Of a stretch of DNA of 64,000 nt, positions 1-13,981 are shown piece by piece. The stretch's first letter is position 1. Each line of letters starts with the position of its first letter. The translations under genes were made by a program, and so were the position numbers. The notes under the pieces are model-generated. The model was given only the letters and a program-made list of their open reading frames with translations, made no database searches and had not been told where the DNA came from. Source of the stretch: the human T2T-CHM13v2.0 reference genome, Homo sapiens; the NCBI RefSeq assembly GCF_009914755.1, contig NC_060944.1. The stretch is one strand, 5' to 3'.

Positions 1-304
1 CTTTGGAGTGATTTTGGAAATGGAGGTTATTTTTGGTTGTATCAATGATGGAGACATGACAAGCACTTACAAGTAAAGGGTAGAGATCACATGCAACATG
101 CATTGGGCCAAACAGTGCATTGAGACAAACAGTCCTGTATAAGGAAGAATTGCTTTGTATAAAGGCCCAATAGTACCTCTTGGAGAAACATGGCAACATG
201 AAGTATTTCACTGTCTACTTTAAGAAATGTTGCACTATTTGTGCATTTTACAATAAATATCTATTGATCTTATAATCTGTAAAACAATATACTATTGTTT
301 AAAG

Positions 305-646
<342 letters not shown>

Positions 647-659
647 TGAAGGATTTAAT

Positions 660-2500
660 CTTCTCCCATCCCAACAAGAATGGAATTTTTCAATAAATCC
701 AAAAAATTGTTTCTTTGAAAAGACAAATAAATTAGATGACAAAAAAGAGAAAGCCTATTAAAATATAACAAGAAAAATGGAAAACTGGATAACTGAAAAT
801 TTCAAAAGAATGTAATATGTACCTTTTGGTCATTATATTTGAAAATATATATGAAGAGGTTAACTTTTTAGGGAAAATTTAACTATAAAAATAAATCTAG
901 AGAAATGAGAACATTTGAAGATACAAACAATAGAAAAAAATGAAACTGGTATAAAGTTATAGCACCTTTAAAAGCACAAGGCCCAGCTGTGTCTCAAGTA
1001 GGTCCTCTTAAACTTAATGGAAAAGTTAATTCCTGTGTTGTTCAAACTATTCTTTTGGTTAATGGGAGCAAAGGAAGCATATCTCTCCCTCCATTTATTT
1101 CTTAAAACAACTGAAAACCAAAAGAAAAATCAACGTACAAAGAAAAAAACTCCTCCAATTTTGTTAAAAATAAACACCATTAAAAATTATAAACCAAACT
1201 ATGAAGACTAGTTGTTAGTGCCATAACAATTTAACCTTTCTTCAAAAAATGGTGAGAGTAGATGCAGACACCTGAGCAAATATGGCATGTTAAACACATA
1301 GAGAGACTTATTTTCCCACCTGAAACTATAACATGATGGCAAATGGCTTATTCAAGTGATATAAAAAGAAAACAGCAACAGTTTTGAAAATAGGAAGTCC
1401 ATAAATGGCTGGTAACTCACTTAGCTTACCAAAAAGTGCAAAATTGTAAGTAGCGGGGAAATCTGATTCTACAAAATGTTCGTAAATTGGTTGCACAGGA
1501 TACCTCTGAAAGTAGAAGTAAAGGTAGGGCTAAAATCCAGGAACACTGGTTGAAAGACTGTTTCCAATGCCCACTCCATCAAGCCTCGTGAATGCCTCTA
1601 GGTTCTGCTGGTGGAAAAGTAGACATTTGCTGTCTAGAGAGGTAGCAGGGAATCTCAGTACTGGCAATATCATCTTCATTGGTCATACATAAATTAGGGG
1701 GGCAAAATGAACAGTAACTACTGAAAGCTAGATCTCCCCAATTTTCACCTCTATCTAGATTCAAAACATAACAGTCTATTAGTCTTATACCCTCAGAGAA
1801 GACTGGAAGACTCTAGTTGGAAGATCATGATCAGCCCAAAGGAATAGACCAGTGGATATGTCATGAGGGGCTTTTCTGGGAAAAGTTCTCAACCTGATTG
1901 CCCTGTCTGGAAGCCACAGTTGACAATTATTACTTAAGAACCTGAAGCTTACTGTAAATGTTTATTGTACTGCTTTTCAACACAAACAGATAACCAACAA
2001 TCACGAGATTCTAGGTACAGCCAATAACAAACACAGAAACAAAAAAAAAACAAAACACCTGAAAGTAAACAGAGTGTATACCGTGTGGGAAAAAAGTAAT
2101 TATTAATTTTCTCAGAGAGGGAAGATAATACAACAAGAACAAGGTGTGTTATAAAATGGATATTCAAAAAAATAGAATTCTTAAAAATTAAGAAATTTAT
2201 TGCAGAAATACATAACTTAATGGGAGATTTGGAAGGTAAAGCTGACTGCATCTCCAGAAAAGTTAGTGTAAACAGAGTTGGGAATGAGAAAGGGAAAGTT
2301 TAATGAATTAAATAATTGGTCCTATAGGGCCAGCAACAAAATACAGGCATTTGGGAAAAGAAAAAAATACAATGAAGTATGATATATATAAATAATTTTA
2401 TGAAATGGGTAAGAGTTAAAGTGTATGAATTTCAGATTGAATGTGTCCACCAGAATTCAAGCCAGTGGTGAAAATAGACCTAGACCAACACACACACACA

Positions 2501-2534
<34 letters not shown>

Positions 2535-3140
2535 TCAGCACACTCCAGAAGAAAAAAAAAGAAGACACTTCAAATTTCCAGAGAAGAGAAATAAAAGTGG
2601 TCACTAGAAGAGAAGCAAAGCCTTATAAATTGCAAAATAAATTATTTCTAATGCAGAATAGTATCTCCAACCAAACTGTAAATCAGATAGGAGGAAACAA
2701 TAATAAGCATTTACAGCATGGCAAGATTCTAAAACTCTACATCCAATACATCCTATCTCAGGAATTTACTGGAGAAGAGTTTCACTAAAATGAGGAAGTA
2801 AATGAAGAAAGGGTAGGGTATAAAGTACAGGGAATCTCCTGGTTTTTAGATGTACAGTATGTGTACACAGCAACCTGTGTAAATTAGAGTTATCTAGAAA
2901 AAAAATTTTCAAAAAGATAAATCTGATAAAATGTCTAAGGCTTCTGAATGCATTATGAGACTCATTAGAAAACTGGGTTAGAGTTTGGAGTTGGTACTTT
3001 GATACATACATAGAAAAATGAACAAAACAAAAATTTTTAAAAATTGTCAGTTTAAGGGAAAGAATGTTGTGTAGAAATGAAATTCAATCATTTATGCTCC
3101 ATGTTTCACGTGTGAGTAACATTTACCTAATTATAACAGT
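660..3140 (+). mobile_element. Highly degraded ancient L1M fragments
   Basis: A-rich strand with L1-like remnants (e.g. ttctttgaaaagacaaataaa near 712); boundaries approximate. Confidence 0.45.
2488..2532 (+). repeat. (CA)n microsatellite
   Basis: acacacacacacagacacacac... seen directly. Confidence 0.97.
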
Positions 3141-3145
3141 ACTAG

Positions 3146-3370
3146 TGTTACTGGAAAATGGGGTCCTGATCCACACTTCAAGAGAGGGTTCTTGGGTCTC
3201 ACACAGGAAAGAATTCAAGGTGAGTCACAGAGTACAATGAGAAGAAGACATAGTTTATTGAAAGCTACTGTCTTTTAGAGTAGGGCATCCTCAGAAAGCA
3301 AGTGAAGGAATGCACCCTCTTTGTTTTCAGTTTTTCTGTTATAGGAGTTTTGTCTGTGTAAAGACTAAAT
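3146..3370 (-). mobile_element. ERV1 LTR fragment (MER41-group-like)
   Basis: tgttactggaaaatggggtcctgatcc...agagagggttcttgg...gaaagaattcaagg resembles the antisense 3' end of MER41-type LTRs. Confidence 0.65.
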
Positions 3371-4665
3371 TGGAAACAAAATAACAAGAAGAAGGAATTT
3401 ATGCATAATCTTCAAATCATGAGGAGTAAAATTTATACAGGACCTATCGCTTAAAGAGTTTCATAGTGGTTACCAGTGGGCATTTGGTGATGTTTATCAA
3501 TGTGATTCTTGAATGTAAAAAGGACTACTTATAAGATTTCATATTCTGAACTAATGTGCAGCATATTATGTTAAATTGTTAACCAATTTAAAAAATTTTT
3601 GAGTTTAAATTAGAAATCTTATTGTTCTATTTATAAATCTAGTACATTAAAAATTATTTTTAAGGGGGACTTTGATTAATGTTTGGTCCATTTACAACAT
3701 AGTTAATTAAACTCCCTTAAAGATTTTAAACTACATTTATAAATTTAATATGTTCAATTATCTTTGTGAACATTTTAATTATCAAACTAACAAATAAAGC
3801 TTTCAGAGTACTTAAACAACCCTTATAGAGCTAATAAATTAAACTCACAAAATCATGAATCTTAAATTATCTTCAATGTTAAACCACTACTAGCAACTCG
3901 GTAAAGCTGCTTATAATTTCAACTAAAAACAAACCCAATATCTAAAATACTCTGTTACACATTTAAAATTGGAATGTAAAATGCTAATCTATATTTAAAT
4001 ACTAATACAATTATAAATAAATATCACATCTCTAAAGTATAAATATTATAGTTTTCATATACTTCATCATCTCTAAACTTTTTTTCAATGTTTTCCTGGG
4101 ATAAAAAAATCATAAAACAATTATATTATCTTAAGCAAATGGGGTTATCACCTCAGTGAGTTGTGGCTACTTTTTCAGGTTGTTTACCTCTCAGAGATTT
4201 TGACTGGAAAATGAGATCTGGAGCTTCAGATACTCAGGGTAATTGTTTGTTTTTCCCTCATTAATATGGGAACAAATTCTAACGTTGTAAAAATTATGTT
4301 AATAGAGATTCCAAGCCCATGAACTCTAAGTGAAATGGCCATGCAATCCATGTTTTCTAGATCCATGTTGCCTATATCTTTAGCCTGATTTTAATATCTA
4401 ACCTCCCTACTCTGATTGTTTAAGTACTAGATTAAATTCAAAAATCTATTTACTGTATGATTTTTGACAGAGTTCTTTTTATATTCTTCATACCTGGTGA
4501 AGTCATAACTTTTCTAGATATTTAAATGACATACACATGTATTATTTAATCTCATGTGTATATCTGATTCTGTGGTCACATTTTCCAAGGCCAGATAAAT
4601 GACTGTAGCCAGACAGATGTAGGGCTAGGTGTAAAAAGAGATATTCCCACAGATTATATAGTTGC

Positions 4666-5429
4666 TGTGTAGAGAAAACTCTCTAGGTTTTTCCTCTAGT
4701 CTCACATCACAAAGATCAATCAGCAACACAGAAGACTTCTGTGACCAAATGTGTGGGTTTTTTCCTCCATACATACACCAAGGAGCAGACACCAGCTGAG
4801 TGTCCTCTAATTCAGTTCTGGCACTACACTGTCTACCTGGAGATAGTGTCAGGTCTCACAGGTCAGTCCCCAAGACTGCCCACCCTCAACCTACCAGCCA
4901 CAAGTCCAGACCTCTGAACTTCTGACCTACTGGCTTCAAGTTGGGTTCTCATGACCCCCTCTTTGGGTTTGATTCATTTGTTGGCGTGGCTCACAGAACT
5001 CAAGGAAACACTTACATTTCCTGGTGTATTATAAAGGATATTGCAAAGGATATAGATGAAGAGACACTTAGAGCAATGCATGGGGGAAGGGAGCAGAGCT
5101 TCCATGTCATCCCTGGGTGGGCCACCCTCCAGGAACATACATGTGTTCAACTGCCCAGAAGCTCACTGAACCCTGTCCTCCTGGATTTTCATGGAAGTTT
5201 CATGATATCAGCATTCCTCCCTCCAGGGTATAGGGTGGGACTCTCTCCTGAGGTGGTCTTAAGACCCATAACCAGTAAGGCAGGAACATAAAAATGAAAA
5301 AAGGCCATGAGAAGGTGAGAGGCCTGCTCCTGAGGCCTAACACACCCAATATTATAACAAAAGACAAGTGCTAGGGGAGTTATAAGCCAGGAACTGTGGA
5401 TGAAAACCAATATACATCATAACACCACA
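4666..5429 (-). mobile_element. MER21-family solo LTR
   Basis: TG...CA termini, MER21 motifs (gacttctgtgaccaaatgtgtggg; tacctggagatagtgtcag), near-TSD gttgc/ggtgc. Confidence 0.85.
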
Positions 5430-6682
5430 GGTGCTGAGAAAATATTCATGGAAAATAGACCTAAATTGATACTGCCTATTGACATAATTTACTTTACTGA
5501 TCTTTTCCTTCACCATTTTAATAAATAGCTCAGACAATAATGAGTCCCACTCAAAGATAATAATAGAAAAGATACCAGCACTGTGCCTGTGTAACATATA
5601 TTTCATGTTAGAGAAAAGCAACAAAGACAATATAATATTAATAGACAGAAAAAAATTACATGCCACATTGACTATCATTGAATCACAAAGTGAATACAAA
5701 TTTTTAATGCATTGTTTCATTAAATCAAATTCCCCTTCCCGCACCAATACAACTCCTCTGATGTAAGTGACCTAAAAAGACATAAATAGGTTTTAAAGCA
5801 GATATAAGATAAATGCAATATATGTAGTGTGAGTTTAGGGAAAGATAAAAGGGAAAATACCTTTTATCTGAGAAATATATACCACACTAGAAACAGCAAA
5901 AATGAAGAACAGATATTTTCAAAATTTACTCAAATAAATGGGTATAAGAAAAAAATCGAGCAAAACAAAATGGAAAAGAATAAATAAGTAACAAGGGTAG
6001 AACAATATTTATAGTTGTTTGAAGACAGACAAAGTTGACCTAACATGTTACCATGTATATTTTATCCAGTTTTCCAATTTTGTTTTTATTGCTGGAAGGT
6101 TAATTTGGTCAGAGTTATTTCACCATAACAGCAAGTATAATTTTCCAAACTCACACCTCTTACATTTTGTATCTTATTTTTTATCTTATTGTTACATATT
6201 TTATAATGTTATATATTCTATACTGAATTATACACTAAATAAAAAATAAAATATGAACACAACAATATCATAGAAATGGTGAGGTTTTTTTTTTTTAATT
6301 GAGGCAGAAGTTCATGACTTGAAAATAGAAAGATGCAGTAAAGAAATAAACTCAAGAACTCATTTTATGGAAAAAGTGAAAACAATTTGCAACATTAAAA
6401 TAATTAATCAGAACCTCAATACAGATTAAGAAGGAATAGAGAACAAATATTAAAATTGGAAGGCAATGAAAATATAATCACAGATATTGATCAAGTAATT
6501 AGATAAGATCATTTTCTTAATTATACACAAATATATTGGAAACCCTGGATTATATGATTTTTTCCATATGAAAATATAAGTGACCAAAATGACAAGAGTT
6601 ATAAAATCTCAGTATCTTATTAATGCAGAAAAAGATGTTGAAGATATAAAATTCTGAACATTCTCCTCTCAACAAACAGACA

Positions 6683-6861
6683 CCAACTCGTCATCTAGCA
6701 TTAGGTATATCTCCCAATGCTATCCTTCCCCCCTCCCCCCACCCCACAACAGAAAGCACACCAGCATGGCACATGTATACATATGTAACTAACCTGCACA
6801 TTGTGCACATGTACCCTAAAACTTAAAGTATAATAATAATAAATAAATAAATAAATAAAAA
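6683..6861 (+). mobile_element. Short young L1PA (L1PA2/3-like) 3'-UTR stub with 5' inversion
   Basis: 6683-6752 is L1 3'UTR in antisense (aactcgtcatctagcattaggtatatctcccaatgc); 6755-6861 is the sense 3' end (gcacaccagcatggcacatgtatac...aaacttaaagtataataat + A-rich tail). Confidence 0.93.
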
Positions 6862-7247
6862 CTTTTAAAGAAAAAAAAATGGGGACCTTTTGCTTACTAA
6901 GGCAAAATGTAAGTCATGATTTTTCTGGACCAGCTCTGAAAAAATGTTCTGGTTAAGACTGGGTAAAATGGATGATTTATTTATTCAATAAAGTTATTGA
7001 ATGCTCACCATGTGCAAGATACAGTGTTGAATGTGGTGCAAAATATAAAGATGTGGAAGAAAAAGCCACGGAAAATAATATGAGGAAATAAAAAAACTAG
7101 AGTAAATTATCAGTGGAATAATTTCTATTATACAAGACACTACACCCATATATTCTCCTAATGCTCATGTAAGAATTTATCCAAAAATACCTTCCAGCAC
7201 TACAAACTAGAAGAAAAAAGAGACATGGATACCAAATTAAGTTCTTA

Positions 7248-7457
<210 letters not shown>

Positions 7458-7459
7458 TT

Positions 7460-7482
7460 AAAAAAAAACACACACACACACA
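7460..7482 (-). repeat. (TG)7(T)9 tract, paralog of the CFTR polyT/TG splice-modulating tract
   Basis: A9 at 7460-7468 and (CA)7 at 7469-7482 on + strand. Confidence 0.95.
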
Positions 7483-7487
7483 TCAAA

Positions 7488-7493
7488 AATAAA
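7488..7493 (+). terminator. AATAAA polyadenylation signal of the transduced transcript
   Basis: 15 nt upstream of the A/(CAAA)n tail beginning ~7509. Confidence 0.8.
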
Positions 7494-8879
7494 ACATGAG
7501 TTTGTCAGAAAAAAACAAACAAACAAACAAACAGACAAATCAGCAGGCATGAACATTTTCAAGAAGAAATGTATCAAGACATGAAAGTACTGATAACTCA
7601 ATGCTATTTAAAGTTTTCCTCTTCTAATTCTAGCTATGACAAGTTAATTTGTATCAGGCCATCCCACCTGGCAAGAACAATTATGAAAGCTGGATAAAAT
7701 TGATTAAAAATAAGTAGCTATTTAAGGGCTTCTGATAGCAATCAAAGCATCCAGAACTTGAGTGTGTAAGCTCTCAGAAAGAAGAGAAACACACTGAATT
7801 GATTTCAACATTCTCCACAACCTTTCATTTGGATACATTTGCTGAGCAGATAGCTAAGAAGAAAATGGTAGCTCAGAGATGTTAGAAATCTGATAGGCCT
7901 GCATAGACAAGAATTGGAATTCATGACTATCATGGTGGCCAGGGCTTGATAAAGGGCCAGTAGAAACAAAACAATTTCGTTTTGTTTTTCCTTTACAACA
8001 TTTTCTGATTCTTTAGTTGCAGAAGGTGAGCAACTAAGAAGCTTAGCATAAAATGGAGCTACCCGACTAAAAGGAAGTTAAGCAGACCGCTCAGCAAAAG
8101 GATAGACAAAATCGGAGTTCAACAAGAACAGAGGACCTAGAAATCTCCCTAGGCATTGAGATCCCTAAAAAGCTAATCCCTAGCTGAAAAGGCAAACTAG
8201 AAATGCACCAGCTGACACAAAGACTGAAATCTAGCCTCAAGGCATTTCAGTCTGATTGGACCAAGAGGATCTACCTCTAAGCCAGAAGAAAACTACAATT
8301 TCTTTGGAGGGAGATCCCATCTAAAGACTTTTTCTCTTAGGTCAATGTCTGGCTTTTGATCATAAATAACCAGGTGTATCAGTCAGCAGGGCTAAATGAT
8401 GCATGCACACACGTGTGTGCACACACAAACAGAGCGAGAGTGACAGTGAGAGGGAAAGGAGAAATCCATAGCTTTAAATGTTTCCATGTAAAGAAAATAA
8501 AAATACTTCCAAATATATTTATGAATAAATATTGTATTTATTCTAAACTTGACCACAGCTGAACACATGTGTTCTCTTCCCATCCCTTTCCCTTCGTCTC
8601 TCTCATATACACTACACACAATAAAATACAGGCCTATTCCCTAATAAATATTACTGCAAATATTCTAAAGCTGTACTTTACAATTAAAAGTTGCAATCCC
8701 ATTAAAATCATACTTCATAATCAAGTAGTGTTCATGTTAGTAAGCAAGAATGGATGACTATTAGGAAATAGTTTACTATAATTTATCATGTTAATAGAAA
8801 AACAATAATCTCCAGAAACTTCAACATATATTACCAATTAAATAATATTAATAGAATAGTATTATAATGAGATAGATGT

Positions 8880-9211
8880 AATTTAATCCAAAATTCAGAA
8901 TTTATGTGATGGTGTTTTGGTACAGGGCCTTTGGGAAGTAACAAGGTTTAGATGATGTCATGAGGTCAGGGTTCTCATGATGGAATTAGTTCCCTTATAA
9001 CATAGACACCAGAGAGCTTGATCTCTTTCCCTGCAATGTGAAGACAGAGTGAGAGAACTTGACTGTCTGCAAGAGAACGCTCACCAGATAGCAAACATTC
9101 ACAGATCCTGATCTTGTACTTTCCAGCCTCCAGATGTGTGAGAAAATACATTTCTGTTTAAACCACTCAGTCTGTGGTATTTTGTGATGGCAGTTCGAGC
9201 AGACTAAGACA
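8880..9211 (+). mobile_element. MLT1A-like MaLR LTR
   Basis: gggcctttgggaag...ttccagcctccaga...ggtattttgtgatggcag...gactaagaca. Confidence 0.85.
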
Positions 9212-10264
9212 AATAATGACACCATTCATGATTGTTCCCGTCTACCAGTCACCAAAACAAGTTCTAACAAGATTAAAGAATAAATTCCCCCAAAAGGTAA
9301 ACTTAAAGCCTAAAAATTAGAATAAATTGTAAATAAAGATAAAAAATATAACTGGAGGCAATCAAAAATATATATATCCTAAGGAGATTGTTAAAGCTAT
9401 ATGAAAAATGTATGCTAAAAATCTCATTGGAGCACTATTCATAAATCTAAATAGTTATAAATAATAACTATGGTTATGTTGATTATGGTAAATCCATATA
9501 TGTTAACATAATGTGGTAATTTGTAAATGTTTATAAAGCATTCTTGTATATTAGCAAAACAATTTGAAGTGTCAAATTAAAAATCCTGAATACAAAATTA
9601 CATGTAAGTTATAATTCCAAGTGTGTTTGAAAAATTACATATAAAAATAATGGAAGTAAATGCAACAAACTATTCATAGTAGAATTTTATTTTACAGCAA
9701 CTCAAAATAATGAAACAAATCCTCTGGCTTACAACTTTCAACTAGGTATTGTGATTTTCTTACTATTCCATTCAGTAGGATATAGGTGGCATGGTTGTAT
9801 TTTCAGTTTGTCAGTGTTCTCCTGGCATCATTATTAATAGTGTCCCTGTCACTTTCACAAGTTTCCTGGTTTGCAGAATAAATTATATGGTTATCTGACA
9901 TATGGGAAACCTAATTTTCTTCCTTCTTCCCCAGTAATAATCTATACAATTCTGGACAACTCACCTATCCATAAAACAATTTGATCTCTACCTTAAAATA
10001 GATATATCTCTGCCAGTTAACTTCATAGAAATATTGTAAGGATTAATGAGGAGATGTTTGGAAAATACTTTGAGCTCATCAGAGAAAAGTGCTATGATAT
10101 TGCCACTAATAAATTTATTTACTAGCTTGCTGAGTAGAAAGTCAAGGGAAATCAAGATTTTGTGGGTATCAGTGACAAAACCAAATCAATCATGCATGTT
10201 CTGGCAGCCCATTTTATATAAGTTCCCCAGAGTAGAGTAGCTAGTGAACATAGAATTTCTCCAA

Positions 10265-10325
10265 AATATATATATATATATATATATATATGAACGTAAA
10301 ACTTCTCCATATATATATATATATA
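10265..10325. repeat. Two (TA)n microsatellites
   Basis: Seen directly, separated by ~17 nt. Confidence 0.95.
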
Positions 10326-10980
10326 ATTAATTAGAAAAATTAGAGACACATAGGCTAAATTTTGACTCTATATAGGCTATTCAGTTAGCAGTTATGAGTA
10401 AATGTATTGAACTTCTCTTTCTTGGTGAAAATATTGTGTTCCATCAAGCACTAACCATATGGAACGTTTGGAAGTTGAACAAGGACTGTTCATTAAGCTT
10501 GAAAGGGACAGATCTGAGCCAGCTAGCACTTTGTAACCTGGCAGTCAGGCCTCAAAATCAAGGCTATTATTTTAGTAGACCAATTAAGTTTTTTAGAAAC
10601 TCAGTGGAAAGGTGGCATCTTCACACATTTTCAGCACCTTATAAATTAGGTACTTTTGCCTGGCACTAAAATATCCTTCTTGAACTTAAAAATCAAAATC
10701 AGTAAATCAGTCTACTTCTCAGGCAACAAAGAAGCAGAGGAAAGGCAACAACGGGGCAGATTAAACTTCTAGCAATGAATCCCAAATATACAGGAGCCTT
10801 AGTTTGATTAAGATGACAAAAAAACACCTGGAGGAAGGGCACTCAAGTCTGGCTCATGGTCTCTTTGTTCTTCCTAAAATCTACATCCCTTGCATCAACT
10901 ACAGTACTATAGCCGATGTTTTGAAGTTGAAGCATAATATCTTATTTTTTCTGACATTGCAAGTATATAACATCACAAAG

Positions 10981-11226
10981 ATTTTTTTTCTTTTTCTTTT
11001 TTTTTTTTTTTGAGACGGAGTCTCGCTCTGTCACCCAGGCTGGAGTGCAGTGGCACGATCGTCACTGCAAGCTCTCCCTCCCGGCTTCACGCCATCCTCC
11101 TGTCTCAGCCTCCTGAGTAGCTGGGACTACAGGCGCCCGCCACCACGCCCAGCTAATTTTTTCTATTTTTCAGTAGAGACGGGGTTTCACCGTGTTAGCC
11201 AGGATGGTCGCGATCTCCTGACCTCG
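10981..11226 (-). mobile_element. AluY, 5'-truncated
   Basis: Y diagnostics (ctgcaagctc, ttcacgccat, ttagccaggatggtc), CpG-rich; TSD atcacaaag at 10972-10980 and 11227-11235. Confidence 0.93.
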
Positions 11227-13981
11227 ATCACAAAGTTGATTATCTTTTCACTTTTCAAGTTCTTAGACTGTCTATCTAAAATTCGTATCTTGACCTTTCA
11301 TGTCTGTCTTCAAGAACAAATCATCTCTCTTCCCACTCTCTGTCAATTTGATCTCTTTCTCTTTGCTTTGTTCTGGAGGAGAGAAAGGTGTATCTGTATT
11401 ATTTTCTTCTTTGTCCGAATTAAACAGCTGTTCTTGGAGAGTGGTGAGCAGTTCTTTATGCAAAGGAAAACTGGTTACTTAGTTTTGTACCATTTACAAA
11501 AAAAGTAAGAAAATGCTGAAAACCATTATCTTAAAATATTCATTTTATTCAGTTTTATTTTAATTGGGGCACAGATATAAGGGAATATTTTTAGTTGAAT
11601 AAGGAATAAAAATATTTTGTTATAAATCCTCAAGAATATTTATACCTTAAAATTGTTTTTGTATTTCTGTTTCTATGACATTCAAATGGGCAAAATTTTT
11701 TCTAGAATTTAGACAGATTTACAAATAAGTGCGTAAATATGTCTGGAAATTGAACAATTAAAAGAAAAATACAACAATGAGAAAGTGAATTGAACTTGAA
11801 AAATACCCTAATTGTGAAAATGAAACTTTCATAGTATTATTTTAATGTTTTCTGATTTGCATTTTGGGAAATCTTGCCTTCACTGTGTTTTTTTCCTTAG
11901 ATTTTCTCCACATACTGTTCACAAAATTCAGTTAAAAACTATTTTAGAGATTGTCCAGGGAAAGGGCTGCATGCTCAGTCATTGACTGTTACTTACTTTG
12001 GTACAATTAGGGGTATTAAATTTGAGTTCATTGGATTTGTGCTTCTCCCCACACAGGCTGACTATTCGTAGCTGTTGCTGCTTGGAATACATATTGGCTT
12101 AATTAATCAGTACTATTTGGAATTCTGTGAAAATGCAAACTAATTATGAACTTTCTCCAATAAGAGACAATTTTGGCTCCTGATTATTTGCTTTTCCCTA
12201 CATTTATATAACAGCAATCTCATGAAATCGAGCATTAGACCAGCATGTTATTGATTTGCACATTAGGCAATTTGCACCTCTGAATTGCTTTCCTTTCTGA
12301 TATCCTCAGATGCAAAATCTTGAAAAAGAGCATGCAGTCAGACCTTTATTGGATTGTTTGATAATTGTTTTTTCTCTCTGTTTCCATTAGCATTATTTGT
12401 GGAAGACCATAGCAGTGGGAGTTCTTGTCACAGAAATCTTGTGACCTCTGTGTTTGGTAGCTATAGACTGCAATGAGTTTATCTCTTCATAGGGGAAATT
12501 GAGAAGAGATTACTTCTACCCACTACCCAAGCTCTGGTTTTCTTTACAAAGCTTCTGCATAAATCACAACTACATAGCTTCAATGACGGACCTAACTCTT
12601 GCTTGGAAGTGTGGCAGCAGAGTTGATGGTCATGGATTTAAGCTACAGTCTCATCACTAGTTTATTTATAGTAAACACTCTGGGGGAGACTTTTAGTGCT
12701 AGATTCTGTGCTAGACTCTGGTGTTGAAATATGTGTCAGCTATGGCCTCAGCTCTCAAGGCATTAGTTGTGTTTGTGTGTATTGTGTGTTTTGAGGGAGG
12801 TGTTAGGTGTTGGTTGAAAGAATGAGGAAGGGGAGCAAGATTTGAGGAGAAAACAAACATACACACATACATGGTTTCATTGAATAATCTGCACTTCTGA
12901 ATTGTCAATACATCCATCTGATTCAGTCATAATTGAATTAGAATTATCCTGAGCGGCGGTGGAAAACATTGAATATTTTTTTTCACACTGAAGCCAGAAG
13001 TCTTGGGTACCATAACCCAGCAATATTGTTTGCTGGCTGTCACTTAAACTCACAAAACACCTCTGTTTTATCATCTATAATAAATACAGATACAATATTC
13101 TGTTTTATATATATGTATATATCTTGCAAAATTATTGTGATGATGAAAAACGAAATGTAATACACACTGAATAATGCGTAGTAGATGGGAAGCACTAAAT
13201 AAATGGCTATGTAAGCAGTGATTCCTCTCTTTGTTATCTTCATTATTACAATTTCTACATAGGTTTTATTTCAGTGATTTTTATAGTAATGACTTTGCTA
13301 ATTTTATAAAAATACTTCATGCCAAAGAGTACAAAGAAAACAAAATAAATCACCTCAAATTTTCAGAAATAACCAATGTTAACAGTTGGTGGAATTCATT
13401 TGGGTGATTTTTTTTTTGTTTCTTCTTTGCACTTTTTGGTGTTTTTCAAGTTTAAAAGGAATAAGCACATACAATTATTATAATAGCTGTAAAATAGTTA
13501 TATGTGTTTCAAATTTCATATTCCAAAAAGTTCGGATATAGATGGAAGATACATAACTATATGTATAGTGAGAGAGAGCTAGCAGAATAGATAAAAAATA
13601 ATTTTATAATGAAAGAATACTATATCTGCTTTTTAAATTGGAAGTATTAAATTTATCTATGTGACTGCATTATTTCCTAAAAGGTCACATTTTTAAAAAA
13701 AATTAAAAAACATTAGAAGATTGCATCATTATAATTTATTTCTTAAATTTTAATTATATGTATATCTATGAATAATTTATGCATAAACATATATATGTAA
13801 TGTCAAATCCTAAGAAAATGTATACACCTTAAGGAATTATCACAAAACAAACACCTCCACAACTACCACTCAGAATAACATTTTTTTTGCAAAATAGATT
13901 ACTACTCCTTCATTTGTCTTCAAAGATACCCATTATTTGGAGTTTACTTTTCTTAATGTTTTGATATTTATATACCCACTC

